DNA of 24,000 nt, taken from NCBI GenBank assembly GCA_030611665.1, contig JAUWPI010000018.1, forward strand, positions 1 to 24,000. The letters run 5' to 3'. Positions 1 to 7,629 of the stretch are shown here, piece after piece. The notes below the pieces were generated by a model, which had not been told where the DNA came from, ran no database searches, and saw nothing but the letters and a program-made list of their open reading frames with translations. Numbering within the stretch: position 1 is the stretch's first letter; every line of letters starts with the position of its first letter. The stretch comes from Candidatus Heimdallarchaeota archaeon (GTDB taxonomy: Archaea > Asgardarchaeota > Heimdallarchaeia > Heimdallarchaeales > Heimdallarchaeaceae). Position numbers and translations under genes: made by a program.

Positions 1-255
1 AGCTCCTTCAATAAAGATTTTCTCTAATTCTCCTCTTTGCATTTCTTGAGCTACTCTCTCTCCTAATGATAACATTGCTGCAGTCATAGCTGCCAATCTA
101 GCTTCTTCAATTTCTTGAGGTAGCACTGATGCTATTGGTAATCCTTCTATTGATACAATCGCTGCACTTTCAATTTCTGGAACTTTTATCTTCAAATCAG
201 TTAATGTAGTCTTCAATTCGCTTGTTTTATTCTCAAAAGTTATTCCGAATGCCAT
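1..255 (-). CDS. Roadblock/LC7 (MglB-like) domain protein, N-terminal part; the gene runs off the left edge
   Basis: Absent from the ORF track because there is no stop in the window. Manual minus-strand translation from ATG (255..253) gives 85 open codons: MAFGITFENKTSELKTTLTDLKIKVPEIESAAIVSIEGLPIASVLPQEIEEARLAAMTAAMLSLGERVAQEMQRGELEKIFIEGA. The pattern 'AAIVS.EGLPIAS ... AAM.AAMLSLGERV ... GEL' is the typical Roadblock/LC7 signature. It looks paralogous to ORF 8256..8558. Confidence 0.75.
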   Translation of the reverse strand, partial: MAFGITFENKTSELKTTLTDLKIKVPEIESAAIVSIEGLPIASVLPQEIEEARLAAMTAAMLSLGERVAQEMQRGELEKIFIEGA

Positions 256-513
256 TTGGATTACCTATTTAATACTGGTCTTATTACAATTATAAATGCA
301 ACTATTACCGGTACGTTCTTCTCAACATTACTTTTAAATTTATTTGGTTGGGCAAAACATGCTTCTTCATACAATTTAGAGTTTTGTTACAATTGTTGAG
401 ACACAAAATCCCTTCTTTCTGCCTCTGTAGGTAGTTTCTTGAATATTTACAATTTTCTATGTATTTTTTCAATTTTTTCTCCAAGAACTGAAGTAAAAGA
501 GATAATTCAAAAT

Positions 514-1731
514 TTATACTAAAATCAGTTTCACTGTTTTTTCAATATATTCCTCAATTCTTTCCTCGACTGATTTAACTAAGGCGGTTACTTTCTCTTC
601 GATTTCTTCTTTTTCTCTCTCTAGCGATAAAGTGATTCTCTGTCGATCTATTGTGTAATTATTTATTTCTTCATTCAATTTTTTGATTCTTACGTCCATC
701 TTAAGTTCAGAGAACTTTCTGTTTATGGCTTCACTTTGGTTTATAAAGAATTTAGCTTTTTGTTGACTCTCATCTAAGCCATCGTTTAATATTTCTTCTA
801 TGTTTTCATAAGCTCTCTTCAGTTTCTCTTTTTTCATCTGAACAGCTGGACTAGCGCTTACTTCCTTAAGTATTCTTAGAGTGGCTTTTATACCTCTGTA
901 CCCGTCACCCTCTTTTACTAAAGTAGTCAAAGGATCTTTAATGAGTGATTTCATTATATCTTTATCATACTCATCAAGTTCTACTTTCTTAGATTCTGCA
1001 GCTTTTAGAACTTTGCTGCTTAGTTTTTTAATCTCTGAAATCTTATTTGAAATCAAGATTTCTATATGATCTAGCTCTTTTTTGTTTTTCACCAATTGAA
1101 GATATCCTGGATGATTTTTTAATTCATCTAATTCTTTCTGTTTCTTATCGACTATATTGGTAATTTTAGTAATATCATCCTCGTGAGAATTAATTTCTGT
1201 AACAATTTCCTTCTTGCGTTCAACAAAGTCAATAAGAATTTCTATATCATCAGCAACTTTTTCGTATTTCACAATTTCAGAATACGATACTAATGTTTTG
1301 TTTTCAAAAACATAAACATCTTCTTTAACACGTGTAAGAGCTCTGTCAAGATTCTTCACATTATTCTTGTACGATCGATCTCTTTTCAACCACGACAAAT
1401 ATTTTGCCAAAAGATTGGTGTACGTGTTTATCCTATTTTTAAAATCCCTATTTAGAGCATCTAATATGTTGTAAGTAACAGTGTCTGGTGATTCAAGATC
1501 TTCAAACATCTCAAGCGTCTTATTATATATTGTAGTCGCATAATTCTGGTAAACGTCAGGATCTTTTAGATCTGAATAATCAAATCTATGAGCAGCAGTT
1601 TTAAGCTCTTCAACGCGGTCTAATATTGACCTAACTTGTTTAATTGCTGTGTGCCTGTATTTTGAAACAGATGATGATATGCGATTATTGAACCAATCCA
1701 AAGTATCTTCCAAAGATTTGTTTTCAGACAT
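514..1731 (-). CDS. K/E-rich, predicted all-helical coiled-coil protein of unknown function
   Basis: Long minus-strand ORF. The track extends it to a TTG at 1788. I prefer the first in-frame ATG at 1731..1729 (MSENKSLEDT...), which is preceded by AGAAGGTTGA, a Shine-Dalgarno-like element. Long heptad-like stretches are visible (e.g. ...LSLEREKEEIEEKVTALVKSVEERIEEYIEK). I recognise no catalytic motif. Confidence 0.6.
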   Translation of the reverse strand: MSENKSLEDTLDWFNNRISSSVSKYRHTAIKQVRSILDRVEELKTAAHRFDYSDLKDPDVYQNYATTIYNKTLEMFEDLESPDTVTYNILDALNRDFKNRINTYTNLLAKYLSWLKRDRSYKNNVKNLDRALTRVKEDVYVFENKTLVSYSEIVKYEKVADDIEILIDFVERKKEIVTEINSHEDDITKITNIVDKKQKELDELKNHPGYLQLVKNKKELDHIEILISNKISEIKKLSSKVLKAAESKKVELDEYDKDIMKSLIKDPLTTLVKEGDGYRGIKATLRILKEVSASPAVQMKKEKLKRAYENIEEILNDGLDESQQKAKFFINQSEAINRKFSELKMDVRIKKLNEEINNYTIDRQRITLSLEREKEEIEEKVTALVKSVEERIEEYIEKTVKLILV

Positions 1732-1907
1732 TAACGTCAACCTTCTATTAGTTTTTGAAAATATACCATTATAATATTTTTCATTCAAGAAAAAAAACTA
1801 ATAAATGAATACAAACTTTTTGGTGAAACGAATGGTAAACGCTTAATTTTCTGAGATTCATACAAAAAAAACATAAAGCAGTCAAAGTAAAATCAAATCA
1901 TATACAA

Positions 1908-2327
1908 ATGACTCTATTCAAATTTCACTGTTATGGGCATAAAAATGTTAGTTCCAATCATGGAACTACTATAGAATTTACTACAGAATCTGATCTATCA
2001 ACTAAGGGTAATTGTATTTTGGCAGTAAACTCAACATGTAGTTTGAGAAATCTGCCTGATAATCTAAAAGAGAAAATGAAAATAGATGGACAAACGATTA
2101 CTGTGATATTAGAAGTAGGTCATCTACAAGAGAAAATAGCTGGGTATGGTAATTCAAAATTATCTTTTACAGATGAAAATGCCTTAATTATACGAAAAAG
2201 CTCGTTTGTCTGTTCTCGGACATTAATGATTAATTCTAACAAAGCTGCTTGTGATATATCACGGGATATTGTCATCTCTTTAACAAACCCAAATAATGTT
2301 CTGACTGTAATAATTCAAGTCGATTGA
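1908..2327 (+). CDS. DUF371-family protein (conserved archaeal protein of unknown function)
   Basis: The N-terminus 'FHCYGHKNVSSNHGTTIEFTTESDLSTKGNCILAVNS' fits my recollection of the DUF371 pattern (GH.N..a.H.tT.E.T....Lt..G.CI.gV). 'IIRKSSFVCSRTLMINSNKAACDISRDI' fits its second conserved block. Recognition is from memory only. Confidence 0.6.
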   Translation: MTLFKFHCYGHKNVSSNHGTTIEFTTESDLSTKGNCILAVNSTCSLRNLPDNLKEKMKIDGQTITVILEVGHLQEKIAGYGNSKLSFTDENALIIRKSSFVCSRTLMINSNKAACDISRDIVISLTNPNNVLTVIIQVD

Positions 2328-3388
2328 GGAATAACAACTACTTCTAAACAAGCATGAATCTCTCTTGGCGCACTTTCTCTTACTTTATGAAAATCGATTA
2401 TTTCCTTGATTTCCCAATCAAATTTCGCCAGCTCTTGTTTTAAATTACTCACTACTTTATCTTTTCCATCCTCAATCGCAACAAACTGGTAGAAGTGAAT
2501 TATTCCTCCCGGTTTTAGAATCTGGCACACTACATCTATATAGTCTTGAGAGTAACTTGGAAGGTTCATAATTATCCTATCAGCTTTTGGTAGAGAGCTC
2601 GCAAGTTCTCTACAGTCTCCATGAAGTGGTTTGATAAGTCCCTTTAATTTATTCAGCAACAAGGATTTTTTCAGACATTCAATGGCTTTCTGGTTTATAT
2701 CTATAGCATATATTGTTGAATTATGTTTTCGAGCAATATGTAAGGGAAAGGGACCTACACCAGTAAAAAGATCAATTATTACTTCACCTTCTTTTATTAA
2801 ATCAGCTACGCGTTTATGTTCGTGAACCAACCTGGGGCTGAAATAAGTCTCACAAGCATCTACAAAAATAGTCACACCATGTTCAAGATGGATAGTTTCG
2901 CATGTTTTTTCTCCTGCTATGAGTTCTAGCCCTCTAATCCTTAATTGACCAGAAACAGCTGAAGTTTTTCGGTATACAGTTTTGAGTGATGGAAATAATG
3001 AATGTAGTGCTTCTCCAATTTTTATCTTATATTCCATTACTTCTTCAGCGATATCTACAACAGCTATCTCTCCAATTACATCATACGCTTTAGGTAAGAA
3101 TTCATGCAAGTTCTCAGGAATATGTCTAGAAGATGCTTCATAGAGATTTTTTGGTTGAATATCTTTTTGAGTAAATCTATAACTATTCAACTCATATCCT
3201 TTTATGGTGGTTGAAGAAAGTAGTAGTTTTCTTGCTTCATCTTTGGAGAGTATTAAAGGAATTATTAAGTGATTTTCATCCCGCATAAAATCTAAAGAAG
3301 TATCAATGACACCATGTGATAGAAGTGTTTTCCTTAAAGTTTCAGCATTTTTGAAACGTATTTTAACTCCAATAGACTCTATTTGCAT
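2315..3388 (-). CDS. trm5: tRNA (guanine37-N1)-methyltransferase, Trm5/Taw22 (Met-10+) family
   Basis: 'YFSPRLVHEHKRVADLI' matches the fSPRL..E..R motif. 'VIIDLFTGVGPFPLHIA' is SAM motif I. 'IIMNLPSYS' is the NLP catalytic loop. A 357 aa length is typical of archaeal Trm5. Confidence 0.8.
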   Translation of the reverse strand: MQIESIGVKIRFKNAETLRKTLLSHGVIDTSLDFMRDENHLIIPLILSKDEARKLLLSSTTIKGYELNSYRFTQKDIQPKNLYEASSRHIPENLHEFLPKAYDVIGEIAVVDIAEEVMEYKIKIGEALHSLFPSLKTVYRKTSAVSGQLRIRGLELIAGEKTCETIHLEHGVTIFVDACETYFSPRLVHEHKRVADLIKEGEVIIDLFTGVGPFPLHIARKHNSTIYAIDINQKAIECLKKSLLLNKLKGLIKPLHGDCRELASSLPKADRIIMNLPSYSQDYIDVVCQILKPGGIIHFYQFVAIEDGKDKVVSNLKQELAKFDWEIKEIIDFHKVRESAPREIHACLEVVVIPQST

Positions 3389-3470
3389 TGACCTATACCA
3401 ATAAAGAAAGCTTTTAAGACTTATTTTTCCATACAGAAGATGTGCTGTGATTTAACTTAGTGAAAACAAG

Positions 3471-4430
3471 GTGCCCCAATTGATAAAAGCTATACTTGTA
3501 CTGAAGACAAATGGATCTTGTAGATATTATCGGATCTATGATGAAGAATGGGGTAAAGAAGAGAAAAATGTGGAAGTTGTAAGTTATATCACAGCAGTGA
3601 CTTCAATTATTGGTGAGTTTGGAGAAAAATCCCCCGAACTTATTGAATTTGGTGATAATGAGATTGTTTGTGAAGCAAAGGGAGAATATATCTTAACAAT
3701 TGTCAAAAATAAAGGAAAATTCGATAGACTGGCTGATAGAGTTAAGAAGAATTTCAGAGATAATTTTAAACCACTTCAACGAATCACTGAAAATCCTTTC
3801 TGGATTGAGGATGATGATTTTCTAGCAAAGGAAAGAGACGGCATATACAAATTTATGAGAAACCTGAATCTTATAATAAACGTTAGAACCCATCAAAATG
3901 GCACAGAAAGGAAAAATGTAATTGAAGATCCGTATAAAGATAAACCGCTAGTTATAAGAGACGTAGATTTATTGATAACTATAGAAACAGGTCAGCCGGT
4001 ATTCCTAATGCTAACACTTACCTTACCGTATGACGCAACTCTTTTCACAGCTTTCATGTCAGCAATTTTAGATTTAGGGACCGCCATCGGATTGGGAGAA
4101 TTAAATAAGATTGAAAGTAATAACCTAGTATTGTACGTAAGAAAGATAGGAAAGGCTTTTGCTGTAGTAATAACTCGAAATAAGGAAAACAGAATAGCAT
4201 ACAAACGATTCACAGAATTTGTTGCTGATCTATGTGATAATTGGTTGAATAAGGAAGGAATCGAAATAGATGAAGCATTCCAAGTATTTGAGGAAAGAAC
4301 TCAATTTGAACAAATTCTGAAACTGATTATTGACACTGAGACCTGGGAGAAACACATGATAAAAGAGTGGGAGAGGGAATACACTCAATTAAGAACAATA
4401 GAACAAGAACTTCGGTCATCGTTAACTTAA
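3471..4430 (+). CDS. Hypothetical protein with two tandem longin-like (beta-beta-alpha-beta-beta-beta-alpha) modules and a C-terminal helical tail
   Basis: GTG start; there is no in-frame ATG near the 5' end. Residues 4-95 are 'LIKAILVLKTNGSCRYYRIYDEE...VEVVSYITAVTSIIGEFG...ELIEFGDNEIVCEAKGEYILTIVKNKGKFDRLADRVKKNF'. Residues ~160-258 are 'LVIRDVDLLITIETGQPVFLMLTL..DATLFTAFMSAILDLGTAIG..ELNKIESNNLVLYVRKIGKAFAVVITRN..RIAYKRFTEFVADLCDNWL'. Both show the alternating hydrophobic pattern expected for longin/roadblock-type folds. The fold assignment is inference. Confidence 0.55.
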   Translation: MPQLIKAILVLKTNGSCRYYRIYDEEWGKEEKNVEVVSYITAVTSIIGEFGEKSPELIEFGDNEIVCEAKGEYILTIVKNKGKFDRLADRVKKNFRDNFKPLQRITENPFWIEDDDFLAKERDGIYKFMRNLNLIINVRTHQNGTERKNVIEDPYKDKPLVIRDVDLLITIETGQPVFLMLTLTLPYDATLFTAFMSAILDLGTAIGLGELNKIESNNLVLYVRKIGKAFAVVITRNKENRIAYKRFTEFVADLCDNWLNKEGIEIDEAFQVFEERTQFEQILKLIIDTETWEKHMIKEWEREYTQLRTIEQELRSSLT

Positions 4431-4433
4431 CCA

Positions 4434-6014
4434 CTATTTTTTTGGCGTTCTCTTCTTTTTGATTATTTTAAACCATATCAAAGTTAACGTAGCTACAAAA
4501 ATAACTGAGCCACCTACAGACAAACCAACAACAAGTCCTTTACTTAGAAATACATTGAAAGTTAAAATGTCACTTGAATCATCAAATTCAGTCTCATTTG
4601 AAAGATGTCCTGACTCATCCATCACAACGATTTCAACTGTATGTTCTCCAATAGATAGATCTTCTAGAACATAGCTAACTGTTAAGGGCTTCCAATATTT
4701 TGGAAAAGTAATCTCCTCTTCCTTTTTAATTTTATTATCAAGAATTATCTTGTAAGAACCATCAAATTCAGTTTTTGACCGAAAATTATACCATATGTCC
4801 CATTCGACTAATCTTTCTGTTTCAGACATGCTTTGGATTCTTGGTTTTGAAACAAAAGGAGCAAACCTTATTCGTTCAACTCTATAAGCACCAAATGTCT
4901 CCGATCCATCAGGGGCAAATGAAAGGTTCCAAGCTACATTACCTTCATCTGTAACTTCTACAATTCTCGCACCTAAATCGGTATTAGGATGACCGTGTGT
5001 ACCAAAAACCCCCAGACGATTATTATTAGGAAGTTTATCTGCATCACCCCACCAACCAGAATAGTATTCGGTTGGTGCAATCCACTCCCATGAAACATTT
5101 GCAGTCATTGTCTCTATATTGATTTTAATCTCCATTATTCTAGAATGAAAATTGGTTGCATCTGTCTGATTGTGTAAATCATTATCGAAATAAATGAAAG
5201 TATCATTAGATATTTTTTCCAATGCATGACCATGGTAGAAGAGTATATCTTTTTTCATACCTTGTAAGTCATACATTATAAAATCACCATACTCTCCAAG
5301 AGCCCAAATTATTTTCCCCGTTTTATGATTTATTTTATAGAAAGTATTTATATTTCTCAAGTTAAGATAGATTGAATCATCATCTTCATCATAAAAAACA
5401 GTATTTGAGTGAGTTACATCAGCTATTCCAGATTCCATATCAGAAAATGGACACCATTGAGAAATATAAACAAAATCCATTGTATCTTTTTCCCAAATAA
5501 TTTCGGCGTTTTGATTATATTCGACGATTTTATCGAAAAGATATTTTGTACCATTAATCTCGATTACATAGCATTTGAGAGTGAAATAAGTGTTGTTTGC
5601 ATAATTCATCTCATAATCGTGATGACCATAGAAGCCTAAAGTGGTGGTTATATTAGTATAAATATTCCATAGGTTAGCACCATTTCCATCTCCATATAAA
5701 ATGGTAGTGGAGTTGATAAATTCAGCAGCAAAATTAGCCAGAGCTCCTTCTGTATACAATTCTCGTTTTAAGTAAAGATTGCCGTCCAAGTCAGAAATTA
5801 CAAGAGTACGATTGATAATTTCATAATCAGCACTAGATTTTCTCTCAAAAATAAAGAGGTTATACCCCTCAAATCTTTCAGACTGTATGTTTTGATCTAA
5901 ATTAACACCATAATGATTTTGAATTGCAGTATTATTCGAAAATACTGCTAAATTAGGTAATATAAGAAGAATAAAAATAAGCAATATAAATCGTTTGAAT
6001 AGCTTAGGTGACAT
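4434..6014 (-). CDS. Secreted, C-terminally membrane-anchored beta-propeller protein, arylsulfotransferase (ASST)-like family
   Basis: N-terminal signal/anchor: 'KRFILLIFILLILPNLAVFS'. C-terminal TM plus basic tail: 'GLVVGLSVGGSVIFVATLTLIWFKIIKKKRTPKK'. ASST-like blocks: 'GHHDYEM', 'THSNTVFYDEDDDSIYLNLRNINTFYKINHKTGKIIWALG', 'FYHGHALEKISNDTFIYFDND'. At least 11 N-x-S/T sequons by my reading. Ends in TAG. Confidence 0.65.
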   Translation of the reverse strand: MSPKLFKRFILLIFILLILPNLAVFSNNTAIQNHYGVNLDQNIQSERFEGYNLFIFERKSSADYEIINRTLVISDLDGNLYLKRELYTEGALANFAAEFINSTTILYGDGNGANLWNIYTNITTTLGFYGHHDYEMNYANNTYFTLKCYVIEINGTKYLFDKIVEYNQNAEIIWEKDTMDFVYISQWCPFSDMESGIADVTHSNTVFYDEDDDSIYLNLRNINTFYKINHKTGKIIWALGEYGDFIMYDLQGMKKDILFYHGHALEKISNDTFIYFDNDLHNQTDATNFHSRIMEIKINIETMTANVSWEWIAPTEYYSGWWGDADKLPNNNRLGVFGTHGHPNTDLGARIVEVTDEGNVAWNLSFAPDGSETFGAYRVERIRFAPFVSKPRIQSMSETERLVEWDIWYNFRSKTEFDGSYKIILDNKIKKEEEITFPKYWKPLTVSYVLEDLSIGEHTVEIVVMDESGHLSNETEFDDSSDILTFNVFLSKGLVVGLSVGGSVIFVATLTLIWFKIIKKKRTPKK

Positions 6015-6126
6015 TTTATTGTTGAAATATTATACTTTCCTAACCATAAGAATTGTGGTGTTCTTATCCTTTTTTAAATTTCTAAAAGAAACAATGTTCT
6101 TCTTAAGATTTGGAAAAAAATAAACG

Positions 6127-6203
6127 TGGCGAGCCTGGGCGGATTTGAACCGCCGACCGACGGATTAAGAGTCCGCTGCTCTGCCTAACTGAGCCACAGG
6201 CCC
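6127..6203 (-). tRNA. tRNA-Lys (anticodon CUU) with genomically encoded 3' CCA
   Basis: The reverse complement is GGGCCTGTGGCTCAGTTAGGCAGAGCAGCGGACTCTTAATCCGTCGGTCGGCGGTTCAAATCCGCCCAGGCTCGCCA, which folds as a cloverleaf by hand. Acceptor: GGGCCTG/CAGGCTC with one G-U pair. D stem: GCTC/GAGC. Anticodon stem: GCGGA/TCCGT with loop CTCTTAA (anticodon CTT). T stem: GGCGG/CCGCC with loop TTCAAAT. Discriminator G, then CCA. No intron. Confidence 0.93.
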
Positions 6204-6223
6204 AATATTTCTCGCCGTTTCCT

Positions 6224-6243
6224 CTATTTTTGTATTTTTAATA
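6224..6243 (-). promoter_or_regulatory. Candidate TATA-box region for the tRNA-Lys gene
   Basis: The minus strand reads TTTATTAAAAATACAAAAAT about 21-40 nt upstream of the mature tRNA 5' end. This is compatible with an archaeal TATA element near -26. There is no independent support. Confidence 0.3.
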
Positions 6244-6315
6244 AAACTTTCGTTTACAATCCATTTCTTTTTGTCCTTGAGAACCTTTTTTAAATAAGTG
6301 TGAGTGATTTCTTTC

Positions 6316-6789
6316 ATGGATTCTACAGAAAAAACTTCTACTAATACTAAAACAGCTCTTTATCTAGGAGCGTTTTTAATCAGCCTTGTTGGTGGTATGC
6401 TTTTCTTTTTTGTTGAATTTGGTTAGTGGCAAGGTGCATATTCTTGGGGCTATGATTTTGCTCTTTATGGAGAATTCGTTCCTTGGTTTGGCAAAACCAT
6501 TCTTGTCTTACTTGGACTTGTTTATCTCTTTGTAGCCTTTGTTTCATTGTATAAACTTTATCCATTCTTTAAACTCCCCAAAGATTTTGAGAATACTCTA
6601 GAAATTTCCGCTATTATTGCTGCTATAACCGTTGTGGGTCTAACTGTCATTGTTGCAATTATTTTTGCTATTATGGTAAGTGAAGCAACAGATTGGGATT
6701 TTGGAACAACCTTCTATACAGGCCTCTTAGGCGGAATTGTAACAACAGCACTTCTCTGGTTTGCTAGAAAAATTGAACCTGCTGAATAA
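6316..6789 (+). CDS. Small 4-TM membrane protein whose frame is interrupted by one in-frame TAG at 6424..6426 (readthrough candidate, pseudogene or sequencing error)
   Basis: ATG at 6316 opens 36 codons (MDSTEKTSTNTKTALYLGAFLISLVGGMLFFFVEFG), ending in TAG. The same frame then stays open to TAA at 6787..6789. The ORF track reports only 6547..6789, starting at a TTG. The 40 codons between the TAG and that TTG contain no ATG, GTG or TTG, yet they translate to a clean TM segment (WQGAYSWGYDFALYGEFVPWFGKTILVLLGLVYLFVAFVS). Confidence 0.5.
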
Positions 6790-6794
6790 ATTGA

Positions 6795-6833
6795 ATGAAG
6801 AAAGTTGTAGACACCTTCTCTTTTTTTCTTCAT
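6795..6833 (+). terminator. Hairpin with a T-run downstream of the membrane-protein gene
   Basis: ATGAAGAAA (6795..6803) is the exact reverse complement of TTTCTTCAT (6825..6833). The 3' arm is embedded in a T7 run (6821..6827). The hairpin starts 6 nt after the TAA stop. The loop is long (21 nt), so stability is questionable. Confidence 0.3.
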
Positions 6834-6900
6834 GGATTATGGAAGAAGTTTCTTAAATTACTGGGTAAAACATATATAACAATACATTTTTCTTGATAAT

Positions 6901-7611
6901 ATGAAAATTGACAAGGATTCCTTCCGAATTGTGATTACTGGAGGTTCAAGTGGTATCGGTGAAGCCACTGCTTTTGAAATGGCTAAAGGAGGCCATCGTT
7001 TCTATTTAACTGGACGAAACGAGATAAGGCTCCAAAAGATAGTTGCTGAACTTCATTCCTTAGGTTGTGAAGCTTATTATGGTGTTGGAGATGTTTCTGA
7101 TGAGACAAGTGCTAGATTGATGTTTGATGAAATCAATCAAAAACTCGGAGGTGTGGACGTTTTATTTGCAAATGCAGGTGTTGGGCATTTTGGAAATCTT
7201 GAAGATCTAACTCTTGAACAATATGATGAGCAATTTAATACAAATGTTAGGGGAGTTTTTATTTGGATTAACATGGTTTTGCCACTGATGAAAGCACAGA
7301 ATAGTGGGCAAATAATTGTTACTTCATCAAACCTAGGGTTGAAAACAGCTGCTCGTTGTTCTCTTTATGCAGCTACTAAGCATGCTGTTCAAGCGATGGT
7401 TTGGTGCCTTCGAGAAGAATTAAAAGGAACTGGTGTTAAAGCTGCTACAATTAATCCTGGTTCAGTAGATACTCCATGGTTTGATGGAAAAGATGTTGTT
7501 AGATCTAAAATGCTCTCTTCAGCAGATGTTGCTGCTACTGTCCGATTGATTATTGATCAAAACGAAACAAGTGATATTGATCATATCCTTCTTACACCAG
7601 GAAGAAAATAA
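6901..7611 (+). CDS. Short-chain dehydrogenase/reductase (classical SDR)
   Basis: Cofactor motif 'ITGGSSGIGEATA' (TGxxxGxG), 'NAGVG', and catalytic 'S...YAATKHAV' (YxxxK). Length is 236 aa. Confidence 0.9.
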   Translation: MKIDKDSFRIVITGGSSGIGEATAFEMAKGGHRFYLTGRNEIRLQKIVAELHSLGCEAYYGVGDVSDETSARLMFDEINQKLGGVDVLFANAGVGHFGNLEDLTLEQYDEQFNTNVRGVFIWINMVLPLMKAQNSGQIIVTSSNLGLKTAARCSLYAATKHAVQAMVWCLREELKGTGVKAATINPGSVDTPWFDGKDVVRSKMLSSADVAATVRLIIDQNETSDIDHILLTPGRK

Positions 7612-7629
7612 TTGATTTGATTCTTCACT

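Noticed and set aside
881-1069. Short ORFs nested inside or antisense to long, motif-supported genes. They are 881..1069, 2631..2825, 3992..4213, 4459..4674, 5409..5639, 7730..8038, 8063..8341, 8383..8565, 9175..9411, 10758..10949, 15065..15268, 15519..15710, 17231..17416, 17586..17942, 19289..19474, 19369..19776, 22917..23114, 23191..23478 and 23206..23595.
   Set aside because: Each overlaps a longer ORF with recognisable family motifs. Their translations are low-complexity (S/L/F/I-rich) with no motifs, as expected for shadow ORFs.
6015-6315. tRNA-Lys as the attachment site of an integrated element or genomic island
   Set aside because: No integrase, recombinase or phage-like gene flanks the tRNA. 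I could not find a direct repeat of the tRNA 3' half nearby. The neighbouring genes look like ordinary chromosomal genes.
6424-6426. Genome-wide reassignment of TAG to a sense codon, as an explanation for the in-frame TAG
   Set aside because: TAG appears to act as a genuine terminator for at least three well-supported genes in this window. These are the ASST-like gene at 4436..4434, cofE at 20572..20574 (followed by an in-frame TAA), and the PrsW-like gene at 23696..23698. Only site-specific readthrough, Pyl insertion, a pseudogene or a sequencing error remain plausible.
6380-6565. 61-aa minus-strand ORF (MDKVYTMKQRLQRDKQ...) in the region between the tRNA and the SDR gene
   Set aside because: It lies entirely antisense to the much more convincing plus-strand membrane-protein frame (6316..6789). 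Its Q/K/R-rich composition is what the antisense of a hydrophobic, T-rich coding strand would produce.
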